DNA of 64,000 nucleotides from Nannocystis sp. (GCF_016714285.1 NZ_JADJNN010000008.1:324669-388668), one strand, 5' to 3'; shown: positions 27,737 through 39,949, numbered from the stretch's first letter. The notes: generated from the sequence alone by a model not told the origin. Program-made: numbers and translations.

Positions 27737-27840
27737 TTTATCGACTCGCTTTGTCCGGACTTGCTTTGTCTGGACTCGCTTTGTCCGGACTTGCTTTGTC
27801 TGGACTCGCTTTGTCCGGACTCGATTTGTTCGCACTCGCT
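27737..27840. repeat. 15/30-bp tandem repeat array (ctttgtccggacttg / ctttgtctggactcg alternating, ~6.5 units) in the divergent intergenic region
   Basis: Seen directly at 27737-27840, between the tsaA 5' end and the OmpA-like lipoprotein start. Confidence 0.85.
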
Positions 27841-27939
27841 TGGGGGGCCGCCGCGAGCGATCGCGCGTGCGGCCGCGGTCCGTCGGCGCGCGATCATGGA
27901 TCACGAGGCGGCCGTTCTTTGCCGGTACACTCGCGGCGC

Positions 27940-28572
27940 GTGGCACCTCGATGGCTCGGGTCGGTGGCGGTGATGGGGCTTGTCGTCGCCTGTCCTTCGG
28001 GACAGGCGACACGGCCGCCAGACACGACGGCCGCGCCGCCGAGCGAGCCCGTTGGCGCCGCCGCGCCGCCGGCGGTGGATCGCTGTCCGCCGGGGAGCAC
28101 AGCGGAGGGCTGCCCGCCGCTCGACACCGACGGCGACGGGATCGTCGACGGCGACGACAAGTGCCCGGACAACCCCGAGACCCGGAACGGCTATGAGGAC
28201 GCGGACGGCTGCCCGGACGAGATCCCGGTGGCGGTCACGCGGTACAAGGGGACGATCCCGAAGGTACGCTTCGAACGCGACTCGGCGGCGATCAGCGAGT
28301 CGCAGGCGCTGCTGGACGCGGCCGTGGCCGTGTTGCTGGACTACCCGGCCATGCAGGTCGAGATCTCCGGGCACACGGCCGCGGGGGAGCGGCCGGAGCT
28401 GTCGCTGCGCCGCGCCGAGGCGGTGCGCGACTACCTGGTCGCGCACGGCGTCGCGGGCGAGCGCCTGCGGGTCCGCGGCGCCGCGGAGGAGGAGCCGATC
28501 GGTGACCTGGCGACCGCCGCTGGCAAGGCCAAGAACCGACGCGTCGAGTTCACGATCCTGGAGTCCGAATGA
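27940..28572 (+). CDS. OmpA-family lipoprotein with TSP3 repeats
   Basis: GTG start gives VAPRWLGSVAVMGLVVAC (lipobox). TSP3 repeats DTDGDGIVDGDDKCPDNPETRNGYEDADGCPD. OmpA C-terminal domain: QVEISGHTAAGERPELSLRRAEAVRDYLVAHGVAGERLRVRGAAEEEPI...NRRVEF. Confidence 0.65.
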   Translation: MAPRWLGSVAVMGLVVACPSGQATRPPDTTAAPPSEPVGAAAPPAVDRCPPGSTAEGCPPLDTDGDGIVDGDDKCPDNPETRNGYEDADGCPDEIPVAVTRYKGTIPKVRFERDSAAISESQALLDAAVAVLLDYPAMQVEISGHTAAGERPELSLRRAEAVRDYLVAHGVAGERLRVRGAAEEEPIGDLATAAGKAKNRRVEFTILESE

Positions 28573-28608
28573 GCGGATTGCGGATCGCAATGGAGGCGGC
28601 TGGCGATC

Positions 28609-30651
28609 GTGCGTGAATGTGCGGAGCTGGAGATCGGGCTGTCGCGGCGCGACGCGGGGTCGTACGCGGTCGAGCTGCGCTTCACGCAGCCGGGCAGCGA
28701 CGCCGATGTGCGGGTCGGCGAGGGCGAGGGGCTGGCCTGCGCGCTGGATCTGGCGGGCCTCAAGGAGCTGCTGGCGCAGCCGGAGGCGTACGGGCGGGCG
28801 CTCGGGGCGGGCCTGTTCGCGGCGCCGAAGGTGGCCGAGACGCTGGCCCGCGCCCAGGCGGCGGCCGCCAGTCAGGACCTGCCGCTGCGCGTGCGCCTGG
28901 CGATCGCGGTCGACGTGGCCGAGCTGCACGGGCTGCGCTGGGAGCTGCTGCGGACGCCGGACGGGACCCTGGTCAGCGCGGGCGAGCGGATCTTGTTCTC
29001 GCGTTACCTTGCGAGCGTCGACTGGCAGACGGTCAAGCTGCGGCCGCAGGCGTCGCTGCGGGCGCTGATCGTGATCGCTGCGCCGGCCGGGTTGGCGGCG
29101 TACGGGCTGGCGGAGCTCGACGTCGCGGCCGAGCTGGCGCGCGCGCAGGCGGTGCTGGCGGGGATCGAGACGGTGGCGCTGGCGGGGCCGGGTCAGGCGA
29201 CCGCGACGGCGATCATCGACGCGCTGCGCAGCGGCTTCGACGTGCTGTACGTGGTGGCGCACGGGTCGTGGCAGCGCGGTGAGGCGTTCGTGTGGCTCGA
29301 GGACGCGGCCGGCGCGGTGGCCCGGATCGCCGGGGCCACGCTGATCGCCCGGGTCGCCGAGCTGCAGCAGCGGCCGCGGCTGTGCGTGCTGGCCTCGTGC
29401 GAGAGCGCGGGCGCGGGCGCGGGGGAGGACCCCGCGGTGCTGGCCGCGCTCGGGCCGGGGCTGGCGCGCGCCGGGGTGGCGGCGGTGGTGGCGATGCAGG
29501 GCCCGCTGAGCGTGGCGACGGCGGCGGTGTTGCTGCCGCGGCTGTTCGCGGAGTTGTTGCAGGACGGGCAGGTCGATCGGGCGCTGGCGGTCGCTCGCGC
29601 GGCGGTCCGTGAGCGGAGCGACTGGTGGATGCCGGTGCTGTTCATGCGCCTGCGCTCGGGACGGATCTGGTACACGCCGGGCTTCGGCGGCGAGGGCGGG
29701 CAGTTCGAGAAGTGGCCGGCGCTGCTCCGCAGCATCGCCCAGGGGCGCTGTACGCCGGTGCTCGGGCCGGCCCTCGGCGACGCGCTGCACGGGTCGTCGC
29801 GCGAGCTGGCCCACCGCTGGGCCGACGAGTACGGCTACCCGATGGCGCCGGGCGGGCGCGAGGATCTGCCGCACGTGGCGCAATACCTGGCGGTCCACCA
29901 GGACGAGCGGTTTCCGATGGACAAGCTCGAGGGGTCGCTGCGCGACGCGGTGGTGTCACGATTCCCGCAGGTGCTCACGGGGGGCGCGGGCGAGGGCACG
30001 CTCGACGAGGTGCTGGCGCGGGTGGCCGACTGGCGGCTGGCGCAGGGGAGCTTCGATCCGTACCAGGTGCTCGCGCGGCTGCCGTGTCCGCTGTATGTGA
30101 CGACGGCGAGCGACGGGCTGCTGGCGCATCACCTGCGTCTGGCGGGTCGTTCACCGCAGGTCGCGCTGTGCCCGTGGAACCCCGACGTGGTGGCCGACGC
30201 GGCCGTCGCCGAGGCGGCGAGCGTGGAGCGGCCCGCGATATATCACCTGTTCGGGCATATCTCGGCCCCGAACTCGCTGGTGATCACGGAGAACGATATC
30301 TTCGACTTCTTGATCAGCGTGAGCGCGGATCGCGAGGTGATCCCGCCGCGGGTGCGGGCGGCGCTGGTCGACTCGTCGCTGCTGATCCTCGGGTTTCCGA
30401 TCGACGATTGGAAGTTTCGCGTGTTCTTTCGCAGCCTGATGAACCGGGCCGGCGGGGGCCGGCGCAAGCGCTACACGCACGTGGCGGCGCAGATCGATCC
30501 GGAGGAGGCGCAGACGATCGACCCGGCGCGCACGCGGCGTTACCTCGAGGAGTACTTCGAGGGCTCGGACATCACGATCTATTGGGGCAGCGCGGAGGAC
30601 TTCCTGCGCGAGCTCGCCGGGCGGCTGCCGGGGGGGAGGCCGGGCGCTTGA
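28609..30651 (+). CDS. CHAT (caspase-like) + SIR2-like two-domain effector protein
   Basis: CHAT His/Cys contexts LYVVAHGSWQRGEAFVWLED and RLCVLASCESAGAG. SIR2-like: CTPVLGPALGDALHG, PLYVTTASDGLL, VITENDIFDFL, SSLLILGFPIDDWKFRVFF. Confidence 0.8.
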   Translation: MRECAELEIGLSRRDAGSYAVELRFTQPGSDADVRVGEGEGLACALDLAGLKELLAQPEAYGRALGAGLFAAPKVAETLARAQAAAASQDLPLRVRLAIAVDVAELHGLRWELLRTPDGTLVSAGERILFSRYLASVDWQTVKLRPQASLRALIVIAAPAGLAAYGLAELDVAAELARAQAVLAGIETVALAGPGQATATAIIDALRSGFDVLYVVAHGSWQRGEAFVWLEDAAGAVARIAGATLIARVAELQQRPRLCVLASCESAGAGAGEDPAVLAALGPGLARAGVAAVVAMQGPLSVATAAVLLPRLFAELLQDGQVDRALAVARAAVRERSDWWMPVLFMRLRSGRIWYTPGFGGEGGQFEKWPALLRSIAQGRCTPVLGPALGDALHGSSRELAHRWADEYGYPMAPGGREDLPHVAQYLAVHQDERFPMDKLEGSLRDAVVSRFPQVLTGGAGEGTLDEVLARVADWRLAQGSFDPYQVLARLPCPLYVTTASDGLLAHHLRLAGRSPQVALCPWNPDVVADAAVAEAASVERPAIYHLFGHISAPNSLVITENDIFDFLISVSADREVIPPRVRAALVDSSLLILGFPIDDWKFRVFFRSLMNRAGGGRRKRYTHVAAQIDPEEAQTIDPARTRRYLEEYFEGSDITIYWGSAEDFLRELAGRLPGGRPGA

Positions 30652-33600
30652 CCGCGACGTCGCCAGCAGGCTCGCCGGCAAACCCGTACGTCGGTCCGCG
30701 GGCGCTGCGGAGCGGGGAGGCGCTGTTCGGCCGCGACCGCGAGGTGGCGCGGCTGTTCGACCTGATGCTGGCGGAGCGCATCGTGCTGCTGTATTCGCCG
30801 TCGGGCGCGGGCAAGAGCTCGCTGCTGCAGGCGGGGCTGGTCCCGCGACTGCACGCCGAGGGCTTCACGGTCCGGCCGGTCGTGCGGGTCGGGATGGCGC
30901 CGCCGAGCGACGCGCCGGCGGGGGTCAATCGTTATGTGCTGAGCACCTTGATGAGCCTGGAGGAGGATGTCCCGAGGGACAGGCAGCTCGACCTCGCCGC
31001 GTTGGCAGGGTGCACGCTCGCGGCGTACCTCGCGCGGGGGTCCGAGGCGGACGCCGACGAGGTGCTGTTGATCGATCAATTCGAGGAGCTGCTGACGGTC
31101 GACCCGACGGCGGTGGCGGCGAAGCGGGTGTTCTTCGCCCAGCTCGGCGAGGCGCTGCGGGACACCCGGTTGTGGGTGGTGGTGGCGATGCGCGAGGACT
31201 TCATCGCCGGGCTCGACCCGTACCGGGCGGCGGTGCCGAAGAAGCTGCACACGACCTTTCGCCTCGAGCTGCTCGGGCGCGAGGCGGCGCTGCTGGCCGT
31301 GCGGGGGCCGGCTGCAGCGGCAGGGGTGACCTTCGAGCTCGCGGCGGCGGAGCGGCTGGTCGACGACCTGCGACAGGTGCGGGTGCCGATCGTCGACGGC
31401 GGCGTCGAGCTGCGACCGGGGCCGCACGTCGAGCCGGTGCAACTGCAGGTGGTTTGTCGCGGGCTGTGGGCGGCGTTGCCGGCGGACGATCGCAGCATCG
31501 GGCTCGCCGACCTGGCCGAGCTCGGCGACGTCGACCAGGCGCTGGCCCGCTACTACGACGCGCAGGTCCTGGCGGCCGCGCGCGCGAGCGGGGCGCCCGA
31601 GCGGGCCCTGCGGCTGTGGCTCGAGCGCGAGCTGGTGACGGTCCAGGGGCTGCGCACGCAGGTGCTGCGCACGCCGGGGGCGACGCAGGGGCTCGGCGAC
31701 GCGGCCCTGACGGCGCTGATCGACTCGCTCGTGCTGCGCAGCGAGACGCGCCGCGGGATGATGTGGGTCGAGCTGGCGCACGACCGCATCGTCGCGCCGC
31801 TGCTGGCGAGCAACGCGGCGTGGATGGCGAAGAACCTCGCGCCGACCTCGCGGCAGGCGGCGCTGTGGGACAGCCGCGGGCGGCCGGAGTCGCTGCTGCT
31901 GGCGACGGCGGCGGAGGCCGAGGCGCTGCTCGCGGCGGCGGGGGAGTGGACGGCGACCGAGCAGCTGTTCCTCGAGCAGAGCCGGATCGTCCGCCGGCGC
32001 GAGGCGGCGACGCGGCGATATCAGCGGACGATCCGCGTGCTCGCGGCGGTGGTCGGGCTGCTGGTCGTGGCCGGGCTGTCGGTCGGGATCGTGCTGATCC
32101 GGCGGGCCGCGGCGGCGGCGCTGGAGAAGTCGGAGCAGGAGGCGAGGGCCAGCGCCGAGGCGGCCGCGCGCGCGCAGGCCGAGCAGCGCGCGGCGGAGCA
32201 GGCGTTGATCCGTCAGCTCATCGCCCAGGTCGCGCTGTACCGCGAGCAGCAGCCCGAGCTCGCGGCGCTGCTGGCCGTCGCGGCCTCGACGCGGCTCGCG
32301 GACCCGTGGCAGCGCAAGGCGGCGCTGCTCAACGCCGCGGTGACGCAGCCGCAGCTGCGGTCGCGGCTGGCCTCAAGGCCAGGTGACGATGGGGCGGGCC
32401 CGGCGGCGTTCGTGCAGATCGCGGCGGCGGGCGGGCAGCTGTACGCGCTCGATCGCCGCGGGCAGGTGCTGCGCCTCGGGCTCGAGGATCGCGGGCAGGC
32501 CTCGCTGCTGCCGGCGGGGACGCGGGCCGGGGACTTCGCGGCGGACCCGGTGCGCGAGCGCGTGGCGATCGTCGCGGGTCAGGCGATTGAACTGTGGGAG
32601 GTCGGGGCGACGACGCCGACGGCGAGCTTCGTGCTGCCCGCGGATCCGGCGGGGCTGGGCGACGCGCCGCGGCCGGACGCGCGGGTGTGGCTCGAGGGGC
32701 TCGGCTTCTCGGCGGACGGTCGCACGCTCGCGGTCGTGCGCCGTCGCAGCGACGGGCCGAGCCGCGGCTTCGTGATCGACGTCGAGGCGCGATCGATCCG
32801 GCCGCTCACGGGCAAGTTGCCGGTGTCGGCGCTGGCACTGGCGCCCGACGGCGCGCTGGCGGTCGCGGGGCTGCTCGCGGTGGACGGGTCGATCGTCGTG
32901 TTCTCGGGGCCGACGCTGGCGCGCGGTGTGCTGACGCCGGGTCACGCGGATGTCGGGCGGGTGTACCTCGCCCGCTTCGATCCGCATCGGCCGCGGCTGC
33001 TGACCGCGGGCGAGGGCGGGGCGGCGACGCTGTGGACGGTCGAGGGCGGGACGCTGAGCGCACCGCGGCCGCTCCCGCTGGGCGGCGGCAACGTCCGGGA
33101 CGCGCTGTTCCTCGCGGACGGCAAGCTGGTGATCGCCACGGAGACGCGGATCTCGGTGTGGAGCGGCGAGCCAGAGACGCCGTGGGGGAGCCCGATCACG
33201 CCGCCGACGCGGGCGACGGCCACGCTCGCGGCGGTCGGCGCGGACGGGCTGCAAGTCGCGGTGGTGTCGCTGGCCGACGCGCCGATCCACGTGTTCGACC
33301 CGCGGCGGCTGGCGCCGTGGCAGCTGGCGGCGCCGCGGGTGCCGATGACCGAGGGCGGCGACGCGGCGTTTCAAGGCGTGGCCCCGCGGGTGGCGATCGA
33401 CCGGGCAGGTGCGCGGGTCGCCGCGACGAGCTTCGACCGGCGCGAGGGCGGCCGGGTGACCGTGCTCGACGTGGCCAGCGGGAGCTCCGTCGTCACGGCG
33501 GCGGGGCAGGGCGAGCAGTTCATGGCCCTGGCCTTCGCCGACGCCGGCAAGCTGGTGGCGATCGATGCGGCCGGGGCGGTGACGGCGTGGACGGTCGCGG

Positions 33601-34424
33601 GCGGCGCGGCGCAGACGCTGTGGAAGCTGCCGCAGCGGCCGCTGCGGGTCGCGCTGGCGGTCGATCCAGCGGGCCTCGCGGTGGCGGCGGGCGTGGCGTT
33701 CGGGGCGACGAGCGTGACGCTGATGGCAGAGCAAGCGGTGGGGACGGAGCCCTCGCCGCGCACGCGCACGATCGCGGCCGGGGTGCCGATCACGGCGCTG
33801 GCCCTCGATCACGCGGCGGAGCGCCTCGCGGTGGCGACCTGCAGCGAGCGGATCGGCCTGGCGACGTGCGCACGCGGCGAGGTCCGGGTGTACGCGGTCG
33901 CCAGCGGGGCCGAGGTCGCGGGTCCGCTGGCGGTCGATGGCGTGCACGGGCTGGTGTTCGCGGCCGACGGTCGACGCCTCGCCGGGCTCGTGCCCGGCGC
34001 GCCGCCGGTGGTGTGGGAGCTCGCCGACGGCGAGCGCCTCGCGTTGACGGTGCGCCGCTCGCTCGGCGAGTTCATCGCGGCCGACTTCTCCGCGGACGGC
34101 GACGTGCTGCTCGCCAGCGCCGAGGCCGACAACGCAGCGGTGGCGCTGACGCTGTGGGATCTGCGCTCCGGCGAGGAGCTGGCGCCGCCGCTGGTCGCCC
34201 ACAACCCCGCGGTCGGCAGCTTCGATCCGGGGGCGCAGCGGTCCGTGCTGCTGGCGCCGCACAGCGGGCTGGTGGTCAGCAGCAGCTTCGACGGGGTGCT
34301 GCTGTGGGATATCGCCGACGCGACGCTGACGAGCCGCGCGTGCACGCTGGCGGGGCGCGAGCTGACGAGCGCGGAGTGGACGAGGTTCCTCGGCCGCGGC
34401 GAGCCGCAGCAGGCGCAATGCGGC

Positions 34425-34710
<286 letters not shown>

Positions 34711-34789
34711 GCGGCAGGCGGGCACGGCTCCGCACGGGCGCTCGGGCTCGGCACGCGCGCGCTGAAGCGCTACCATGCGCGCAGCGAGA

Positions 34790-36566
34790 CCGCTTGCGAC
34801 AGCCGCTTGACCTCGACACCGAACACCACCGATCTCCCGATCTGCGGGCCGCTCTGGCGAGCCTGGCCGATCAGGGAGAGACCGAGCGCGGGGCCGTGTT
34901 CACGCGGCCTGAGGTGGTCGCCTGCCTCCTCGATCTCGCGGGGTACACCGTCGACCAGCCGCTGCATACCTGGCGGATCCTCGAGCCGTCGTTCGGCGCG
35001 GGTGACTTCTTGCTCGCGGCGGTCGAGCGCCTGCTGACGTCGTTCGCGGCGTTCGGGGGCCTGCCGAGCGCGGCGCTCCAGCTGCGCGAGGCGGTGCGGG
35101 CGGTCGAGGTGCACCCGGCGTCGTTCGCCGCGACGCGCGAGGCGCTCCACTGGCGCCTGGTCACGTGGGGCGCGAGCCGACGCGATGCGGGGGCGTTGTG
35201 TGACAGCTGGCTGCTGCGCGACGACTTCCTGCTGGCGCAGCTGACTGGGCGCTTTGATGTCGTGGTTGGCAACCCGCCCTACGTGCGACAGGAGCGGATC
35301 GCGGGGCCCTTGCTCGCGGAGTACCGTCGGCGCTACGCGACGATCTACGACCGGGCGGACCTGTATGTGCCGTTCTTCGAGCGCGGGCTGCAGCTGCTGC
35401 GGGACGGCGGGCGGCTCGCGTTCATCTGCGCCAACCGCTGGCTCAAGAACAAGTACGGCGGGCCGCTACGCGGCATGATCGCCCGCGACTTCCACCTCTC
35501 GCACTACATCGATATGGCGGGCACCGATGCGTTCCAGTCGGAGGTCATCGCGTACCCGGCGATCACGGTGATCCGCCGCGGCGAGGGCAGCGTGACCCGG
35601 CTCGCGCGGAGGCCAGACGTCACGACGGAGCTGAGCGAGCTGACGCGCCTGCTGAGCGCACCCGGTCCCGTGCTCGACGAGCGGGTCGAGGAGGTGGAGC
35701 ACGCGGTCCGCGGCAGCGAGCCGTGGCTGCTCGACGCCGCCGATCAGCTTCGCGTGATCCGCCGGCTCGAGCGCGACTTCCCGGAGGTCGAGGAGGCCGA
35801 CTGCAAGGTGGGGATCGGCGTGGCGACCGGCGCCGATCGGGTGTTCATCGGCGACCACGCGGCGCTGCCCGTGGAGGACTCGCGCAAGCTGCCGCTGCTG
35901 ATGGCGCGTGACCTTCAGGACGGCGCGATCGTCTGGGGCGGCAAGGGCATCGTCAACCCGTTCGAGGCGGACGGCAGCCTGGCCTCGCTCGACCGCTATC
36001 CGGCCTTCGGCGCGTACATCCGCGAGCACGCGGACGTGCTTTGCAAGCGCCACGTCGCCCGGAAGAGCCCGAGCTGGTACCGCACGATCGACCGCGTGTA
36101 CGCCGAGCTCACCGGCACGCCGAAGCTGCTCATCCCGGACATCAAGGGCGAGCCGATGGTCGTGTTCGACGAGGGCAAGTTCTACCCGCACCACAACCTG
36201 TACTACGTGACCTCGTCGACCTGGGACATGACGGCGCTGGCGACGGTGCTGCGCTCGTCGATCGCGGTGCTGTTTGTGTCGACGTACTGCGTGAAGATGG
36301 CGGGCGGCTTCCTGCGCTTCCAGGCGCAGTACCTCCGACGGATCCGCGTCCCGCGGTGGGAGGCCGTCCCGGAGGCGCAGCGCGCCGCCTTGATCGCCGC
36401 GGCGCCGACCGACCGCGCGGCGATCGATCACGCCGCGTTCGCGGCCTACGGGCTCACGGCCGCGGAGGCCCGGACGGCGCAGCGGGCGGCGAGCGCGGCG
36501 CTGGTGCAGGGGCGGGCCTCGGTTGATCCCGCGCTGACGCCGGCGAGCACCCTGGCTATCTCTTGA
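34790..36566 (+). CDS. N6-adenine DNA methyltransferase, Eco57I/gamma-class-like, with a ~350-aa C-terminal (target-recognition?) region
   Basis: Motif [16 protein letters not shown]. Motif [14 protein letters not shown]-terminal [18 protein letters not shown]. The start is uncertain: TTG ~34790, or ATG 34632 if the low-complexity leader is real. Confidence 0.75.
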
Positions 36567-36764
36567 GGCTCAGGGGAAATTGCGCAATCAAGGTGCCTGT
36601 GAGGGTCACGGTGCCCCGCTTGGTGCTCTCGACAATTTCGTTCGACGCAAAAGTGCCCCAATGCAACGTCACTTCGCGGCGCGCTCACAAGTCCGACCGC
36701 TGCGCGTCAGACCGAAGCTGCCACGAGCACGACCTTCCGGGAGGCGGGATTCGCGGGTGGCCCC

Positions 36765-38000
36765 GTGCGCATGCGGACCCTCATTCTCAGCGATCTGCAC
36801 CTCGGCTGTGGCCCATGCCCCGGGATCTTCGCGGGCTCACAGGCCCTCGGCGGGCTCCTCTCGGAGCTCGGGGCCGGCCCGCTGCGGGTCGTTCTCAACG
36901 GCGACACCTTCGACTACTGGGCGCAGGTCGATCATCGCGACGGCGCGGCCAGGGTCACACAGGCGCTCCTGGAAGACCCGGTCAACGCCGAACTACTGAC
37001 GCGCCTCGGCGAGGTGGTCCGGGCCGGAGGGGCGCTGGTCGTGCGTGGCGGGGAGCATGATCGTGACCTGGTCGCTGCGAGTGCGCGGGCGCGGGTGCTC
37101 GCCGCGCTCAAGCTCGTCGAGGCCCAATCGGCGCATGTCACCTGGCATCGGCTTCTGACGCCGAGCGTGCTCGACGTCGGCGCTGCGCGGCTGATCGTCG
37201 CCCGCGGCGGCCGCGGTCACGAGGCCGCACGCCGGCTCGCCGAACTGCTGCTCAATCCGCTGCGTCGTCAGTACGGGGTCGGGTTCGCGGACCTGCTGCG
37301 CCCGGACTACGTCGCCTCGGTCCTCGCGGCGCTCGCGGTCAACCCGACCGCGGCGAAACTCGTGCTGCGGCAGCTCGCGGACGTCGGCTGGCACCGCCTG
37401 CGGAGCGACTGTGAGCGGGCGCTCCGCCTCGCGGAGACCCTCGCTGCCGCGGGGCTGTCCGCGCGTGAGCGGGAGGTCTTCGGCCTGGCCCTCGACCCGG
37501 AGGTCCCGCTCGGCGACGCGTTCGATACCCACGGAGCCCTCGAGCTGGCGCGCCTCAAGCTCTTTCGTCACAGCCTCGGGCGGCGCCCAGAGACGGATGC
37601 CGACGGCCTGCGTTCGATAGCCGGGGCGGAGTGGCACGCGCTCCGTGCCCTGGCGCGCCGACGACATGCGAGCGCCGCCGTGATCGGCCACAGCCACATC
37701 GCGGGGTGGCGCAGCGCGGACGGCCTGACCGTCGCGGACACGGGCACGTGGACCTGGCGCGTCGAGACCCCCGAGGCGAGCGCGAGCGTGGCCTCGTGGC
37801 GCGAGACCATGGCGTCCTGGCAGGACGTCGCCCGCGTCGGCCTGTCGCGCGCGCATGCCGTGGCCGCACGGGCGCGGTTCACCGCGGCGTGGATCGAGCC
37901 GCGACCCGCAGGGCAGGGGGCCCATATGGCGCTCGTCGAGTGGCGCCCCGGCCATGGGCTGGTCGTGCTGCGCGAGCAGGAGCTCGCCCGGGCGCACTAG
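36765..38000 (+). CDS. Calcineurin-like metallophosphoesterase (paralog A)
   Basis: LILSDLHLG, VVLNGDTFD, VIGHSHIAGW motifs. 411 aa. Confidence 0.7.
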   Translation: MRMRTLILSDLHLGCGPCPGIFAGSQALGGLLSELGAGPLRVVLNGDTFDYWAQVDHRDGAARVTQALLEDPVNAELLTRLGEVVRAGGALVVRGGEHDRDLVAASARARVLAALKLVEAQSAHVTWHRLLTPSVLDVGAARLIVARGGRGHEAARRLAELLLNPLRRQYGVGFADLLRPDYVASVLAALAVNPTAAKLVLRQLADVGWHRLRSDCERALRLAETLAAAGLSAREREVFGLALDPEVPLGDAFDTHGALELARLKLFRHSLGRRPETDADGLRSIAGAEWHALRALARRRHASAAVIGHSHIAGWRSADGLTVADTGTWTWRVETPEASASVASWRETMASWQDVARVGLSRAHAVAARARFTAAWIEPRPAGQGAHMALVEWRPGHGLVVLREQELARAH

Positions 38001-38049
38001 CCTTCGTCATTGTTCACAACCTCGACCCGGCCGAGTCAGTCCCCGAGTC

Positions 38050-39942
38050 ATGACGACCTCCCGAGCCTCTGATCTCAACCTCCTCATGGTCCACGCCGAC
38101 GATCACGCGCCCGTGCTGGCCGACGGGCTCGCCGAATCGACGGCGTGCGGGCAATCGATCCCCACACAATCGGACGAGGCGAGTCATTTTTGGGACGAGG
38201 GCGGCGACCCCAATGATATCGAGGTCCAGCGCTGGGGCGTGATCGCCCCGCAGGGCCCCGAGGGTGACCGTCTGCTCGCGCTGATCAAGCCGCTGATGGC
38301 GCATCGCCAGGCGCAGCAGCAGGGCGAGCCCATCAAGGTGTATCGCGCGCCGCCGCAGATGACCCAGGACGAGGCGATGCGCTGGAAGAAGCGGGAGTTC
38401 GATACCGGCGCCGATCTCAACATTGAGGTCCCCCGCTATCAACTGATCCTGGGCGACCTCGATCAGGTCCCGCTCGCGCTGCAGCAGGTCCAGGCCAGTG
38501 ATGGTTATGTCGGCCGCCTCGCATTCGACAAGGAGGAGGACTACGCCGCCTATGTCGACAAGGTGCTGCGCTGGGAGCGGAGCGCCGCGGGCCGCGACAA
38601 GCCCGACTCGCTGTTCTTCACCGTCCACGACGGCACCGCCGCCACCGCCGTCGGCCACCGCGCCCTGGTCGCCCCCGGCGTCGAGGTGGTGCGCAGGCGC
38701 CAGCGCTCCGGGCAGTATCCGGCGAAGGATATCGTCGAGTTCGGGGACCCCGTGACGCCCTCGCCCGACGAGCTGCTCGCGCGCGCGGAGGGTCAGGAGG
38801 CCAGCGTGCTGTTCACGCTCAGCCACGGCGAGGGCGCGCCCCGGGGCGGCTGGAGCTCGCCGGAGGAGCAGCGCCGCCGGCAGGGCGCGATGAGCTTCGG
38901 CCGCGAGGGCCGGATCTGCGGCGATGATCTGCGCAGCCGCCCGTTCATGCCCGGCGGCGTGTGGTTCATGCTGGCCTGTTATGGCGCGGGCACGCCGAAC
39001 AGCAGCGCATACAAGCATTGGCTGGCGGCCCTCGCCGCGGCCGGACAATTTCGTGGCAAGCCCGAGGCGGTGCTCGCGGGGCTGCCAGGACCGCGGGACC
39101 GGCCGTTCACGTCCGCGCTCGCGCAGGCGGTGCTCGCCAACCCGAACGGCCCGCTCGGGTTCATGAGCCACATCGACCTCGCGTGGACCTACAGCTTCCA
39201 GGAGCTCGACTCGGGCGCGACCAACCGGCCGGCGCGCTACATGGCGATCACCCGCTCGATCCTCAAGCGGGACCGCGTCGGCGTGGCGATGCGCGAGCTG
39301 CTGCGCTTCTTCGACCAGACGAACGTCGAGCTGACGAGCCTGTACGATCAGGAGGCCCGCCAGAGATCCGCGGGTGAGCCCGTGCAGGTCGACGCGGCCC
39401 GCCAGGGCCACCTGTGGATGCTGCGCCAGGACCTCGCGGCGTACGTGCTCCTCGGCGACCCCGCCGTGCGCCTGCCGGACGGCGGCTCCGCGGGCGGCCC
39501 GACGTCGCCGGCAGCGACGGCGGCTCCGATCACCGTCACGACGGCCGCGGCTGCCGAGCCCGCGTCGCCAGCAGCGACACCGGCTCCGATCACTGTCACG
39601 ACGGCCCCGGTTGCCGAGCCCGCGTCGCCCGCACCGGCACCGGCCGCGATCGTCGCGGCGCCCGGACCGGCCGCAGTCGCCGCGGCGAGCAGCGATTCGT
39701 TCGCGATCCCTGCGCCCGCGGCATCGGCTGCGAGACCGGCTGTGCCGGTCGCCGACACCCCGCGCGACGCTGCTGTCGACGCCTCGCAGGTCGTGCTCGA
39801 GGAGGCCGTCGCCCAGTGCATCCTCGCCGACCTCGCGGTGACGAGCGCCGCGGCCCGCGTCGGCCTGTCCCGCGACGCGCTCACCCAGCTCGTCGCCCGC
39901 TACCGCGAGATCGGCCGACGCGCGCTCGTCGGCGGAGAGTGA
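38050..39942 (+). CDS. Caspase-like (clan CD) cysteine peptidase + Pro/Ala-rich linker + C-terminal helix-turn-helix domain
   Basis: His/Cys dyad contexts VLFTLSHGEGAPRGGW and GGVWFMLACYGAGTPNS. C-terminal VVLEEAVAQCILADLAVTSAAARVGLSRDALTQLVARYREIGRRALVGG is a homeodomain-like HTH. A paralog lies at 56025-57999. Confidence 0.65.
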   Translation: MTTSRASDLNLLMVHADDHAPVLADGLAESTACGQSIPTQSDEASHFWDEGGDPNDIEVQRWGVIAPQGPEGDRLLALIKPLMAHRQAQQQGEPIKVYRAPPQMTQDEAMRWKKREFDTGADLNIEVPRYQLILGDLDQVPLALQQVQASDGYVGRLAFDKEEDYAAYVDKVLRWERSAAGRDKPDSLFFTVHDGTAATAVGHRALVAPGVEVVRRRQRSGQYPAKDIVEFGDPVTPSPDELLARAEGQEASVLFTLSHGEGAPRGGWSSPEEQRRRQGAMSFGREGRICGDDLRSRPFMPGGVWFMLACYGAGTPNSSAYKHWLAALAAAGQFRGKPEAVLAGLPGPRDRPFTSALAQAVLANPNGPLGFMSHIDLAWTYSFQELDSGATNRPARYMAITRSILKRDRVGVAMRELLRFFDQTNVELTSLYDQEARQRSAGEPVQVDAARQGHLWMLRQDLAAYVLLGDPAVRLPDGGSAGGPTSPAATAAPITVTTAAAAEPASPAATPAPITVTTAPVAEPASPAPAPAAIVAAPGPAAVAAASSDSFAIPAPAASAARPAVPVADTPRDAAVDASQVVLEEAVAQCILADLAVTSAAARVGLSRDALTQLVARYREIGRRALVGGE

Positions 39943-39949
39943 GGTCAGC

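Noticed and set aside
27529-27840. Possible CRISPR array
   Set aside because: Units are contiguous head-to-tail with no unique spacers, and the periods are 15-18 bp. These are plain tandem repeats.
26985-29898. ORFs 26985..28196(+), 27901..29898(-)
   Set aside because: Antisense of tsaA and of CHAT-SIR2. The 26985 ORF only looks interesting because it reads the tandem repeats as GWRGREGWRGRE.
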